A DNA stretch of 64,000 nt from Syntrophales bacterium (GTDB lineage Bacteria > Desulfobacterota > Syntrophia > Syntrophales > UBA5619): the NCBI GenBank assembly GCA_040765725.1, contig JAXGRQ010000003.1:81363-145362 (forward strand). Direction: 5' to 3'. The notes below the pieces were generated by a model. That model had not been told where the DNA came from, did no database searches, and saw only the letters and a list, made by a program, of their open reading frames with translations. Below are positions 50,030 through 59,864 of this stretch, in pieces (position 1 is the stretch's first letter; every line of letters starts with the position of its first letter). The position numbers and the translations under genes are program-made.

Positions 50030-52130
50030 GATGGACCAAGACAGTCAGCCAATATGCCGGCAGGGCAATGACCACTCCCGGCTTGCTCCCCGTAGCGACC
50101 CCATTGTGTTTCCACCATGCGGATAGTGATCCGGAATCCCAATCCCGACAAGACCATCAAGCGAAGCAAACTGATCAACCTGTGGAACCATCTTCACTTT
50201 ATGGAGGACATGGTATACGTCCACCTTCATCACCCTCACTATAAAGAGGACCTCCTCATCCAAGCCCATCCGGCTCCCTGCGTCATCGGCTCGATGATTT
50301 GCCGTGCCAGCCGTACGGAAGCGGCCGGCTTGCGGAAATGCGGTTATACTGAACGTTATCTTCTCGGACGGGCTCACGTTGTTTCTCGTACCGACCGAAC
50401 GCAAGGATGTCCAAAAAGATTCGCCTTACCTTCCAGGCGCCCGATCAGGGGTACATCCTGGTCAGCGTCCGGCAAGGCGCTATCGTTGCCAAGGCATCCA
50501 TGCCGAGGTGGTGCAGAATGGATTTCGTGCCAGGGGACAGGTGACGGATTTCAGCGCCTTGGCCTTGCCGTCCAGGTCACCCCTACGGCACCCGGTCTCT
50601 TCGCTGGTTCAACGCCGACAGCCAATCGACAGTCAATCTGAATCGGGGTGAACAGATTGTTTTTTCGGCAGCTCGTCGCTGTATCCGGCAAGCATCGGAT
50701 CAAGTGCACGGGATATCGTCTTTGCCCCCATGATCAGCCAGATGAACCGGTCCCCGAAGAAAAATGGCGCAATCCCCGTGTTCGTCACACCTTTTCCGAA
50801 TATTACCTTTTTAACCATCCGACCATAAATAAGATGGTTCAACTGGATATTCATGATCTTCTGTATCAGGCTTTGCCGCTTATGTTTCGACTGACGAAGA
50901 TGTCCTCATGGTGGGGATGCCGCTGACTATCCCTGACCTGACGATGAATTATGCCGGCGCTTTGAAAATAAAAATGCAAGGCCCAGATTCTCTATCGCCG
51001 TAAAGAAAAAGAAAAAAATTCGCTACGGTTTTGTCATCCTGGATATGGATGTTGTCAACTATGACCGATTGAGTCATATTGTCATGAACGTTATCGATCC
51101 CAGAACTCCATGTTGCCGACAAATATGCGAACCAACTATGGGAATTTCTTTTCGAAAGCGGGTTCATTTTACTCCCAAGAAATATAATTTGGTTCAGGCT
51201 TACCGGAGCCCTATGAAAGAAATCCTTACCGGCGGTTGTATCGTGATAACTCCGGAAATCATCACCCAAATAACTTATCACGAAGCGAAACGGCCGGATC
51301 TTACGGGCACGCCTCCATGGTCCGATCCCACAAACGGACTTGGATGGTTCATCATCTGGCCGCAAGACCCCCTGAACAAAAGAACTGGCTTCAAGTCCTT
51401 AAACAGGTTATGCATTATTTCAATGGTCTCTATCGTCTCCCAACGGTCGGGATGGATTACATGATGTTCTATTTTCGACCAGAGAACCGTTTCCCCGATC
51501 ATTTTTTCGGTGGCTTCGCCAGGCATTTCAAGAACCCCCGCGCCTGTTCCCTCGATCTCTTTTCATACCTTAATTTTCCGACTTCCGATGAGAAAAATAC
51601 TCCCGGAGGGGTGGCTGCTCGAGCCGCACAGGCGAAGACTCTGAAGAGTTAAGCCGTTTTTATCGGAAGGTATCCGACGGCCTTCTGCTGGATGTTTCAC
51701 TTGACAAGGAGAAGTGAGGATGGGAATCTCTGTCGCAGCCGTATGCCTGGCATGGGTTCATCAGAGCTGCCAAGGACATTCCCTTAAACAAAACGGGAGA
51801 TTAAAGGCTGCGCTTATTGTGAACCGATCGGATCCGTCCGCCTGTCGGACTTTCTGAACGGGATCAAGATTCTGGTTAATGACGCAGCTGGCCACCCGGA
51901 AGTCCTTGTCAGCGGCCGTTTCTCAATGGTCCGGTTTTTATAAGATTGACAAGATACCGCTCCTCGTTTATCCATCGCATTATTTGGAAGATAAAGGCGT
52001 TCCCTTGGAAAACGATACAATCTCTGGATCATTCATGGTCATTATGCTCCGGGAATATAGTGAATACATGATGGAAAATCGAAGCAGCGAATCAGATTTC
52101 ATCCGTTTTCTCATCAAGAGATACCTGAAA
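50030..52130 (+). pseudogene. Unassigned relic(s); coherent protein-like reading on the plus strand, family not recognised (weak PilZ-like and GNAT-like impressions only)
   Basis: Protein-like stretches in changing frames: INLWNHLHFMEDMVYVHLHHPHYKEDLLIQAHPAPC, GQVTDFSALAL, WLQVLKQVMHYFNGLYRLPTVGMDYMMFYFRPENRFPDHFFGGFARHFKNP (about 51386-51540), EELSRFYRKVSDGLLLDVSL, LKAALIVNRSD, IPLLVYPSHYLEDKGVPLE. Confidence 0.3.
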
Positions 52131-52800
52131 CTACGACGGACGATACCTACCTATATAATAGCCATTATCAAAAGCTATGTGGAGTACCTGAAGAGGTATC
52201 TTCCGGAGGTCGATATCGATCCTTTGCTGAAATATGCGGATATTTGCGACCTTACTCAACGAACGACGAGGGTCACTGGCTGACCAGACCAGAGCGATCG
52301 CTTTCACGATATCCTCGTGAGAACGACTCCAGATCACATATATCGCACAAAGTTGGGCGCTTTTCTCGTTACCTTGCGCCTCCGGCGCCTTGGGACAATA
52401 TATGCTGGACCACAATTCCGGCGACGGCGTATGGCGTTCTTGTAGGAAGATCGATTGCTCGCCTCAGCCGGAGCGATCCTGAAGACCCAAAGCCATCGAG
52501 AAAAACAAGATCTATGGGCGAAGGCCACGATGGCCAGGGGTGGCTGAAAAGCCCTATCAGTGTCGTTATCGGCTCGGTGCAATCTCGGCCTTGGCGAAAC
52601 TTTCCACCCAGAAATTGCTGGTCACTTCGACCATTCCGTTCGTGACCCAAGGGCGGTGATTGTTGCCTTTATACAATCACCTGGGGAAAAACCCGCACCT
52701 TTTTCTTGAAACGTATCCGCAATTATTATTTTTGAATGTTCTCATACCTGCGCCATCTTGTTCAGTTTCATACAACAAGCTTATTGGGGCATCCTGACCT
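52130..52800 (-). pseudogene. Acyl-CoA dehydrogenase internal fragment (both ends missing, frameshifted)
   Basis: Minus-strand reading gives IIIADTFQEKGAGFSPGDCIKAT (52676-52699 encodes GAGFSPGD; compare TEPxAGSD...T.A). WVTNG lies at 52635-52649. FLDGFGSSGSLRL...ILSQGAGG and RRSLSKVANIRIFQQRIDIDLRKIPLQVLHIAFDNG resemble eRxqFGkpiaxfQxiqxxlAdm. Confidence 0.5.
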
Positions 52801-52836
52801 TATCGTGTGTGCTTATCGGGATGGGTTTAACGCTGT

Positions 52837-54450
52837 ATGCCGAAAATTTGGAAGAACGACCTGCTCACCAACATCTACAACCAGGGGGATGCGGCGGAAC
52901 GTCTCCTGGATCAGATCAACAAACGGTACGATTTGAAGCCCTGCTGATCCAGGAGATCGGTCAGGCATCTTCCACCATGCCCCAGGTTGATCAGCTCTCC
53001 GGTATATTATGGAGTCGTTGGTCGGCGAGACTCAATTTGACCGGGGCATGATCATGCTGACCAACAAGCAAAAAGACCGCCTCGTTTATTCGGTCAGCTA
53101 CGGATATAATCCAGGCCGATGAAGATTGGCCTGAAGAATATTCAATTTCATCTGGATAATCCTCACTCAAAGGGCACAGCGGTCGCTGCCTTTAGAAATC
53201 AGAAACCAGTTTTGGTCAACGATCTCTTCACGACATCGAGAATGACCGTCGCCGAGGAGTCTTGATTTGTTCGCACCATGGGGAGTCAGTCTTTCATCTG
53301 CGTTCCCATCGTATATGCGGGGGAATCCCCGTGGGAGTCCCGTTGTGGATAATGTTCAATCCAAGAAACCGCTCGATCAGACGGAGATGAGTCTGCCGGA
53401 TGGGGGATCGGTTCTACAGATCGGGATCAGCATCAAGAACGCCGTTTCCCATCAAAGAATCAGGGAAAGGAAGAGCGCTTCCGATCACCAGCGAAAACGC
53501 ACCGGACATCATTTATACCCTCGGCATCAATGGGGAATTTACCTATATCAACTCCTGCGATTGAAACGATCCTGGGATACCGTCCGGAGGACATCATCGG
53601 CAAATATTTTATCGATATTGTAGGAAAGAAAGACATGTACAGAAGCATCAGCTGCCTTCAAGCAGGTCAGATCGCAAGCAAACCATCAAGGGAGAAACGC
53701 ATCCGCTGCATATGGATGGTTCGGCGTTTTGGTATTTTCAGCTCGTTGTGCGCTTAACTTTGATTCCGAAGGCAATTTTATCGGAGTGCTTCGGTATTCA
53801 ATCCGACCGACATCAGAACATCGGAAATGGAGCTGAAAAAGGAGCCTGATAAACTGCAATCGGCCATGAAAGGAAAACATTGACGCGATTTCATCATCGT
53901 TGAATCCAGAGATCCTTATACAGCAGGTCACTAAAGACGTGGCACAGCCGGGCTACCGCCATTGCCGGCGAATCGGGTTTATCGGAAGAAAGAATCGACT
54001 TTTCATCCGAAGGGCAGTCTGATTCACGACATCGGGAAAATATATATTCCCGCCGAAATTTTGACAAAACCGGCGAAATTAAACGAACTAGAAAACTGCC
54101 AAGATGAGATCTCATCCGGCGGTGGTTTTGAAAATACAAACAAAGTCGACTTTATTCCAGTGATTGTGAACACGGTTTATGAACACCACGAAAGAATGGA
54201 TGGGTCGGGCTTATCCATTGGGAATAACCGGCGAGAGAATCTCTTGTGAATCAAGAATTATCGCGGTTGCAGACATGGTTGAAGCATGATCAGCTACCGT
54301 CCACTGGCTGCGCGGGCACGACGGCAGCGATCGAAGAAATAAAAACAACGGGAATTGCAGCGACACCATGCGGTGGATGCCTGGGTTCAGTTTTGGTTAT
54401 ACCAGTTTTAAGTTCAAGCAGCCTGATGTGTTCCCCAGCATCGACATGTA
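52837..54450 (+). pseudogene. GAF-PAS-HD-GYP signalling protein (c-di-GMP phosphodiesterase type) relic with many frameshifts and stops
   Basis: GAF: IMESLVGETQFDRGMIMLTNKQKDRLVYSVSYGYN, HSKGTAVAAFRNQKPVLVNDL, SFICVPIVYAG. PAS: ISTPAIETILGYRPEDIIGKYFIDIV. HD-GYP: ESRDPYTAGH (53902-53931), LIHDIGKIYIPAEILTKPAKLNELE (HDIGK at 54026-54040), YEHHERMDGSG (54184-54210). All are in domain order but in different frames. Confidence 0.7.
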
Positions 54451-54706
54451 GTGCCTGTCTTTGCCGTCTTTGTTCCTTACCCTTCCCCATCCGAAAAATT
54501 TAGAGCTGTCGGCCATCACCGGGCCCATCATCTTTAGGCTCTCTTGGTCAACACACAAAGTTGCTCTTTTATTCTCCATTGGCGTTTTTTTATGTCCTTA
54601 AATCCGCTTTGGTGAAAATGATACCGCAGCACCCGGCATTCCCTTTGTCTTTCACGAAGCCCCGTCTGCACTGGAAAACAGCCTTTGAATTTGTGACAAA
54701 GGTGCA

Positions 54707-55936
54707 TCAATCTCTATATCGGGAATTTCGCGAAAGCAGCGCGACGACCTCGATATGAGCGGTCTGGGGAAACATATCCAGCGGCTGGAGCTTTCTGAGG
54801 ACGTAACCGCAACCTGTCAGAAACCGGACATCCCGCGCCTGCGTTGCGGGATTGCAGGAGACGTAGACGATCCGATCCGGATGAAGGGATGCCGCCGCGT
54901 CCAAGGCTCCATTGCTGCAGCCCTCCCGCGGCGGATCGAACAGGATTACGTTCGCGGTGCGACGGCGGTCCAAGAATTCATTCCGAAGGAGAACGTTCAC
55001 ATCCCCGTGTAAAAATCCGGCCTGCGGAATCCTTTCGCGATTCAGATTGATCCTGGCGCAGCGAACGGCCTCCCGATCCCCTTCGATCCCCGTCAATGCA
55101 GCGGCCTTCGGCCCGAGAAACAGGGAAAAGAGGCCTGAACCCGCGAACGCATCGATGACCGTCTCGCGCCCGGTGAGCCCGCACATGTCGACGACCTGAT
55201 CGACGAGTTCCCCGACCAGTGCGACGTTGGCCTGGAAGAAACCCCTTCCGGGAACCGTCAAGCGACGGCCGCGGACTACACGGATCACGTCCGGCGGTGC
55301 TCCGGGGCCCGTAAAAACCGCCGTCGGGGACTCGGACGGTTCATCGGACCAGATGACCTGACGTTTCCCGGACGGCCGGACCTGCCTTGACCGGAGTGCC
55401 TTCCGGAAATCGTCATACTTCACGTTCACCGATGCCTCGACTACTCCGCAGGATTCGATTTCGATGAGCTCATGGCTTTTGCCGCCCATCAGACCGGCAC
55501 GATAATGTCCTTTTCGGCCGCCGGCCAGATGGAACTCCGCCTTTCCGCGCCAGCCGAAAGGACGCGGAGAGGGGATGATTTCCGCAATGGGGATCCGGGA
55601 CAGGCCGGCAATCCGCCGGAAGGTCTCCTCGACCTGCCTCTGCTTGAGCGCCAACTGATGGGGATACGCGATATGCTGCATCCCGCAGCCGCCGCAGCGG
55701 GTGTACACGGGGCAGAGCGGCCGGACCCGATGGCGTGACGGGACCGGAATCCCGATCGGTTTTGCCCGCGCATACCGTTTCCGGACCTCGGTGATCTCGA
55801 CCTCCGCTTCGTCCCCGTCCACCGTGAACGGGACAAAGAGGACCCGATCGGAAACCCGCCCCACGCCGTCGCCGCCAAAGGCCACATCCCCGATCCGGAC
55901 ACGAATGCAATCCCCGGTTTTGAACTCTTCTTCCAT
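54707..55936 (-). CDS. 23S rRNA (uracil-C5)-methyltransferase, RlmD/RumA family (TRAM + Fe-S + SAM MTase)
   Basis: N-terminal TRAM (IRVRIGDVAFGGDGVGRV), Cys cluster CPVYTRCGGCGMQH, SAM motif DAFAGSGLFSL, and DPPREG with a catalytic-Cys region YVSCNPAT. Confidence 0.85.
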   Translation of the reverse strand: MEEEFKTGDCIRVRIGDVAFGGDGVGRVSDRVLFVPFTVDGDEAEVEITEVRKRYARAKPIGIPVPSRHRVRPLCPVYTRCGGCGMQHIAYPHQLALKQRQVEETFRRIAGLSRIPIAEIIPSPRPFGWRGKAEFHLAGGRKGHYRAGLMGGKSHELIEIESCGVVEASVNVKYDDFRKALRSRQVRPSGKRQVIWSDEPSESPTAVFTGPGAPPDVIRVVRGRRLTVPGRGFFQANVALVGELVDQVVDMCGLTGRETVIDAFAGSGLFSLFLGPKAAALTGIEGDREAVRCARINLNRERIPQAGFLHGDVNVLLRNEFLDRRRTANVILFDPPREGCSNGALDAAASLHPDRIVYVSCNPATQARDVRFLTGCGYVLRKLQPLDMFPQTAHIEVVALLSRNSRYRD

Positions 55937-56130
55937 GATTCACCACCCCGGAACGCCCATCCGCGTACAAAAGCGGAACCGGCCCCTCCGTTTATTTTTC
56001 AATCTTCTTAACATCTTCCGTGAAATCCGTAAACCATTTCCCTTTACAAACCGTGCAAATGCTGCTAATGGCCTCCCCGAAAAGCCGAAAGGAACCCTGA
56101 TCCTTGGAACACGAAAACGTTCACCGAATC

Positions 56131-57261
56131 ATGCGGGACAACCGGGAGATCATCCTGATCGGGACGGCCCACGTTTCGCGCGAAAGCGCCGATCTCGTCG
56201 AGCAGGTCATCGCAGAGGAAAAGCCGGACACGGTCTGTGTCGAGCTCTGCCGGCCCCGATACGAGGCCATCCGAAAAAGGGACCAATGGCAGCAGACCGA
56301 CATCGTCAAGGTGATCCGTGAAAAGCGGACAAGCCTCCTGCTCTCCCAGCTCATCATGGCCTCCCTGCAGCGAAAGATCGCCCGGAAATTCAACATCACG
56401 CCGGGCGAGGAAATGCTCCGGGCAATCGATCAGGCCGAGGCGATCGGCGCGGAAATTGTTCTCGCGGACCGCGAGATCCGCATTACGCTGCTGAGGACCT
56501 GGCGGACAATGGGTTTCTGGGGCAGGATGAAGTTCCTTCCCGAGGTCCTGGTTTCGCTGTTCGCCACCGAGGAAATCACCGAAGAGGAGATCGAAAAACT
56601 CAAAAAAAGCGACGTCCTTGAGCTGGCGCTGCAGAGCGTCGGCGAAAAGCTCCCCGGCCTGAAAACGACGCTGATCGACGAACGGGATCTATACCTTGCG
56701 CACGCCATCGGCCATGCGCAGGGGAATCGGATTGTGGCCGTGGTCGGCGCCGGGCATGTACCGGGCATCCTGGAACATATCGGGGAAGAGATCGATGTCG
56801 AGCCCCTGACCCGAATCCCGGGAAAGGGCCCCTGGGGAAAATTCGCCGGCTGGCTGTTCCCGCTGGTGGTCGTCGGGCTGTTCATCGCCGGCTTTTTCTA
56901 TTCCGGATCCCAGGCCAGTCTGAAAATGATCAGTTGGTGGTCGGCGATTACAGCCTCCTTTGCCGCATTCGGCGCGTTGATCCTGCTGGCCCATCCGCTG
57001 ACCATCGCTGCCTCTGCCGCCTCCGCACCAATCACAACCCTCCACCCCCTGATCGCCGCCGGGTGGATTGCGGGTCTCACGGAAGCGACTCTCCGGAAGC
57101 CCCAGGTCAGGGATTTTCTCGCCCTCCAGGAGGACATCGTCTCGGTCCGGGGCTTCTTCCGGAACAAAATCACTCGCCTGCTGCTGCTGGTGGCCATCGT
57201 CAATCTGACCACATCGATCGGAACCTTTGTGGCCATTCCGGTGATCATGAGATTTATCTGA
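56131..57261 (+). CDS. TraB/GumN-family protein with C-terminal membrane domain
   Basis: IILIGTAHVSRESADLV and VCVELC motifs of the TraB (pheromone shutdown) family, GAGHVPGI, then about 4 TM helices. ATG at 56131; an upstream TTG at 56104 is possible. Confidence 0.8.
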   Translation: MRDNREIILIGTAHVSRESADLVEQVIAEEKPDTVCVELCRPRYEAIRKRDQWQQTDIVKVIREKRTSLLLSQLIMASLQRKIARKFNITPGEEMLRAIDQAEAIGAEIVLADREIRITLLRTWRTMGFWGRMKFLPEVLVSLFATEEITEEEIEKLKKSDVLELALQSVGEKLPGLKTTLIDERDLYLAHAIGHAQGNRIVAVVGAGHVPGILEHIGEEIDVEPLTRIPGKGPWGKFAGWLFPLVVVGLFIAGFFYSGSQASLKMISWWSAITASFAAFGALILLAHPLTIAASAASAPITTLHPLIAAGWIAGLTEATLRKPQVRDFLALQEDIVSVRGFFRNKITRLLLLVAIVNLTTSIGTFVAIPVIMRFI

Positions 57262-57274
57262 ACGGAACAAAGCC

Positions 57275-58114
57275 ATGATCGAAAAGAAATCGATGCTTTG
57301 CCCGAATTGCCGAAAACTGATCAGCAAGGATGAACCCTCCTGCCCCTATTGCGGCATGGCCCGACCGGGCGTCTTGTGGAAAAGAAATTGGGCCGGAATC
57401 TTCGCCACCGACCATTTTGACCCGACGGTGATGATTCTGTCCGTCAATGTCGTTTTCTACCTCTTTTCGCTTTTGATCAATCCGTCGGCGCTCGGTCTCT
57501 CGGCCAATCCGATGACCTTTCTCTCCCCTTCGGACGCAAGCCTTTTTCTGATCGGCGCCACGGGGACCCTCCCGATCGCCTACGGCCGCTGGTGGACCCT
57601 GGTTTCGGCCTCGTTCCTCCACGGGGGAATTCTTCATCTGTTCTTCAACATGATGGCGCTGCGGCAGCTGGCCCCTTTCGTCCTCGATGCGTTCGGCCTG
57701 CACCGCTTTTTGATTCTCTACCTCTGGACGGGTATTGCAGGTTTTTCACTTTCCTGTTTCGCTGGGATCCCGTTCACCATCGGGGCCTCAGCCTCCATTT
57801 GCGGCCTGATCGGCGCCATCCTGTACTATGGAAAGAGCCGCGGCGGGTACTACGGCGGGGCAATCTACCGTCAGGCGATGGGATGGGTTTTGGGGTTGGC
57901 GCTTTTCGGCCTTTTCCTGCCGGGCATCAACAATTGGGCGCACGGGGGAGGCATCGTGTCCGGCCTCTTGCTGGCCTTTTGGATCGGATATCACGAACAA
58001 AAAACAGAAACCGCGCTCCACCGGATTGTGGGCACCGGAAGCGTTCTCATCACGGCGGCCATCCTGCTCTGGGCGCTGGTCCAGACCGGCTACCACCTGA
58101 CGGTTTCACCATGA
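57275..58114 (+). CDS. Rhomboid-family intramembrane serine protease with N-terminal zinc ribbon
   Basis: CPNC...CPYC ribbon, FLHGGILHLFFNM, catalytic GASASICGLIGA (GxSx) and NWAHGGG (His). Confidence 0.85.
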   Translation: MIEKKSMLCPNCRKLISKDEPSCPYCGMARPGVLWKRNWAGIFATDHFDPTVMILSVNVVFYLFSLLINPSALGLSANPMTFLSPSDASLFLIGATGTLPIAYGRWWTLVSASFLHGGILHLFFNMMALRQLAPFVLDAFGLHRFLILYLWTGIAGFSLSCFAGIPFTIGASASICGLIGAILYYGKSRGGYYGGAIYRQAMGWVLGLALFGLFLPGINNWAHGGGIVSGLLLAFWIGYHEQKTETALHRIVGTGSVLITAAILLWALVQTGYHLTVSP

Positions 58115-58131
58115 ATGTCGGAGGAGGAAAC

Positions 58132-58536
58132 ATGAAAAGAACTTTTTGTCGTTTGATCTGCCTGATTTTAACGCTGCTATGGATCATGGGTTGCGATACC
58201 GCGCTCACCGTCGGCTCAAAAACGATGGGCTTCCGTTCGGGAGAGTTCATCTATACGGACGGTTATCTGCGGGCCACCTACACCGTGCCGTTCGATCCAA
58301 TGTGGACGGTATGCGAAAGGACGCTGACCGAGATGAATGCGGTCGATGTCGAACCGGCCCGGAAAATCGCGACCGGCACCTTCACCGCGATGATCCAGGA
58401 CGAAAAGGTCCGGATCGAGATCGAGTACGTGGAAAGGGGCATCACGGCCGTTTCGATCCGGGTGGGCTTGTCGGGAAACAATCTGGCCTCCCAGCTTCTG
58501 CACGATCGGATTGCAGGCAACCTGAAGACACGTTGA
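58132..58536 (+). CDS. Small lipoprotein (DUF3568-like)
   Basis: MKRTFCRLICLILTLLWIMGC lipobox, GGAGGAGG RBS at 58120-58127, 134 aa. Its frame is embedded in a longer GC-artefact ORF. Confidence 0.6.
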   Translation: MKRTFCRLICLILTLLWIMGCDTALTVGSKTMGFRSGEFIYTDGYLRATYTVPFDPMWTVCERTLTEMNAVDVEPARKIATGTFTAMIQDEKVRIEIEYVERGITAVSIRVGLSGNNLASQLLHDRIAGNLKTR

Positions 58537-58589
58537 AACCCGGTCTCGAAGCGCAACTCGGCTCGGAATCGATCGCCGCATCCGAACGG

Positions 58590-59771
58590 TTATTCCGCAC
58601 CGACGCAGAGGAGAAGTCCCTTCAGGTAGCGTCCCTCCGGATGGGCGAGGTTCACGGGGTGGTCCGGACCGGCTCCGAGGGTGAAAAGAAGTTGCGCCGT
58701 CTTTCCCGCGTCCCGGACGGCGCCGAGGACCATTTTTGTGAACATCGTCTCGTCGATGGGATTGGAGCAGGAGAACGTCGCCAGCATTCCCCCCTTCGTC
58801 AGGCGCCTTGCCGCGCGAAGATTGATCTCCCGGTATCCCCGCACCGCGCGTGCAATGTCCCCGCGGGATTTGGCAAAAGCGGGGGGATCGAGAACGATCC
58901 GATCGAAAGTCTCTTCCGTTTCCCGCAGATATTCGAAACAGTTGGCCGTCAAAACAGGATGATTTTCCGCCGAAAGTCCGTTTCGGGATAGGTTCCGGCA
59001 GGCGATCCGGTTCGCCTCCGCCGAGGCCTCGACGGAGACGACCCGTCTGGCCCCGCCTCGGCCAGCATAGACGGAAAAGGCCCCGGTGTAGGAGAAGCAA
59101 TTCAGAACGGTCGTTCCCCGGCTGAGAGCACCGACCATCTCCCGATTCCCACGCTGATCGAGGAAAAATCCCGTCTTCTGTCCGGTGAGCAGATCGACCT
59201 CAAAGCGCAATCCGTTCTCCAGGATCGTCACCATCGGCGGAATTTCTCCCGCCACCAGGCCGATCCGTTCGGACAGCCCCTCCTGCGAACGGGAGCTTCC
59301 CCCGCTCCGCTCGTAAATCCCGGCCGGTTCGAGAAGTTCGGACAGCAGATCCGTCAGGGTTCCTCGCCATTGCTCCATCCCCGCCGTTCCGATCGAATAA
59401 ACAAGATACCCGCCATAGCGATCACAGACAAGACCGGGCATCCCGTCGCCCTCGGCATTGATCAGCCGATAGGCGTCCGTTCCCGCCGGAATGACCTGTT
59501 GCCGAAGGGAGACGGCGCGTGCGATGCGCCTCCGCCAAAAACCGCCGTCGATTTTCGCTGTGGGATCTTCGGTCAGCAGGCGAAAAGCGATGTTGCCCCT
59601 GTTGTAGAAACCGAGGCCGAGGGGTTTCCCCCCGGCATCGACCGCAAGGACCACCTGCCCGGGCACGGGCTCTCCCTCCACCCTCGCCAGCGCCCCGGAA
59701 AAGACCCAAGGGTGCCCGCGGCGGAGCGCCGCCTCGCGGCCTTTCCTGAGAACGATCCGCGGATGGCTCAT
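58590..59771 (-). CDS. rlmI: 23S rRNA m5C1962 methyltransferase RlmI-like (PUA + SAM MTase)
   Basis: RIVLRKGREAALRRGHPWVFSGAL N-terminus, SAM motif VLNCFSYTGAFS and DPPAFAKS motif. ATG at 59771; the ORF extends to 59804. Confidence 0.85.
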   Translation of the reverse strand: MSHPRIVLRKGREAALRRGHPWVFSGALARVEGEPVPGQVVLAVDAGGKPLGLGFYNRGNIAFRLLTEDPTAKIDGGFWRRRIARAVSLRQQVIPAGTDAYRLINAEGDGMPGLVCDRYGGYLVYSIGTAGMEQWRGTLTDLLSELLEPAGIYERSGGSSRSQEGLSERIGLVAGEIPPMVTILENGLRFEVDLLTGQKTGFFLDQRGNREMVGALSRGTTVLNCFSYTGAFSVYAGRGGARRVVSVEASAEANRIACRNLSRNGLSAENHPVLTANCFEYLRETEETFDRIVLDPPAFAKSRGDIARAVRGYREINLRAARRLTKGGMLATFSCSNPIDETMFTKMVLGAVRDAGKTAQLLFTLGAGPDHPVNLAHPEGRYLKGLLLCVGAE

Positions 59772-59864
59772 GACCTTCTCCCCTGAAAGCAACGGGCGGG
59801 ACACGAAATTCGTCTCCCGCCCGGGTTGAGTGTCTCAATGGATCATAAGGAGTCTCGCTTCCGG

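Larger units (their letters stand above)
47821..54706. other. Lower-GC, ORF-poor tract composed of gene relics (see pseudogene entries)
   Basis: Longest ORF in any frame is 174 aa. Hand-counted G+C is 27/60 (line 50941) and 24/60 (line 51961), against 42/60 at line 46861. Bounded by convergent intact genes. Confidence 0.8.

Noticed and set aside
51879-52283. 134-aa plus-strand ORF, the second-longest open frame wholly within the core of the tract.
   Set aside because: Not accepted as an intact gene. Its 3' third (about 52130-52283) is antisense to the acyl-CoA dehydrogenase motif RRSLSKVANIRIFQQRIDIDL. Its 5' part is only the continuation of a frameshifted plus-strand relic and has no plausible start context.
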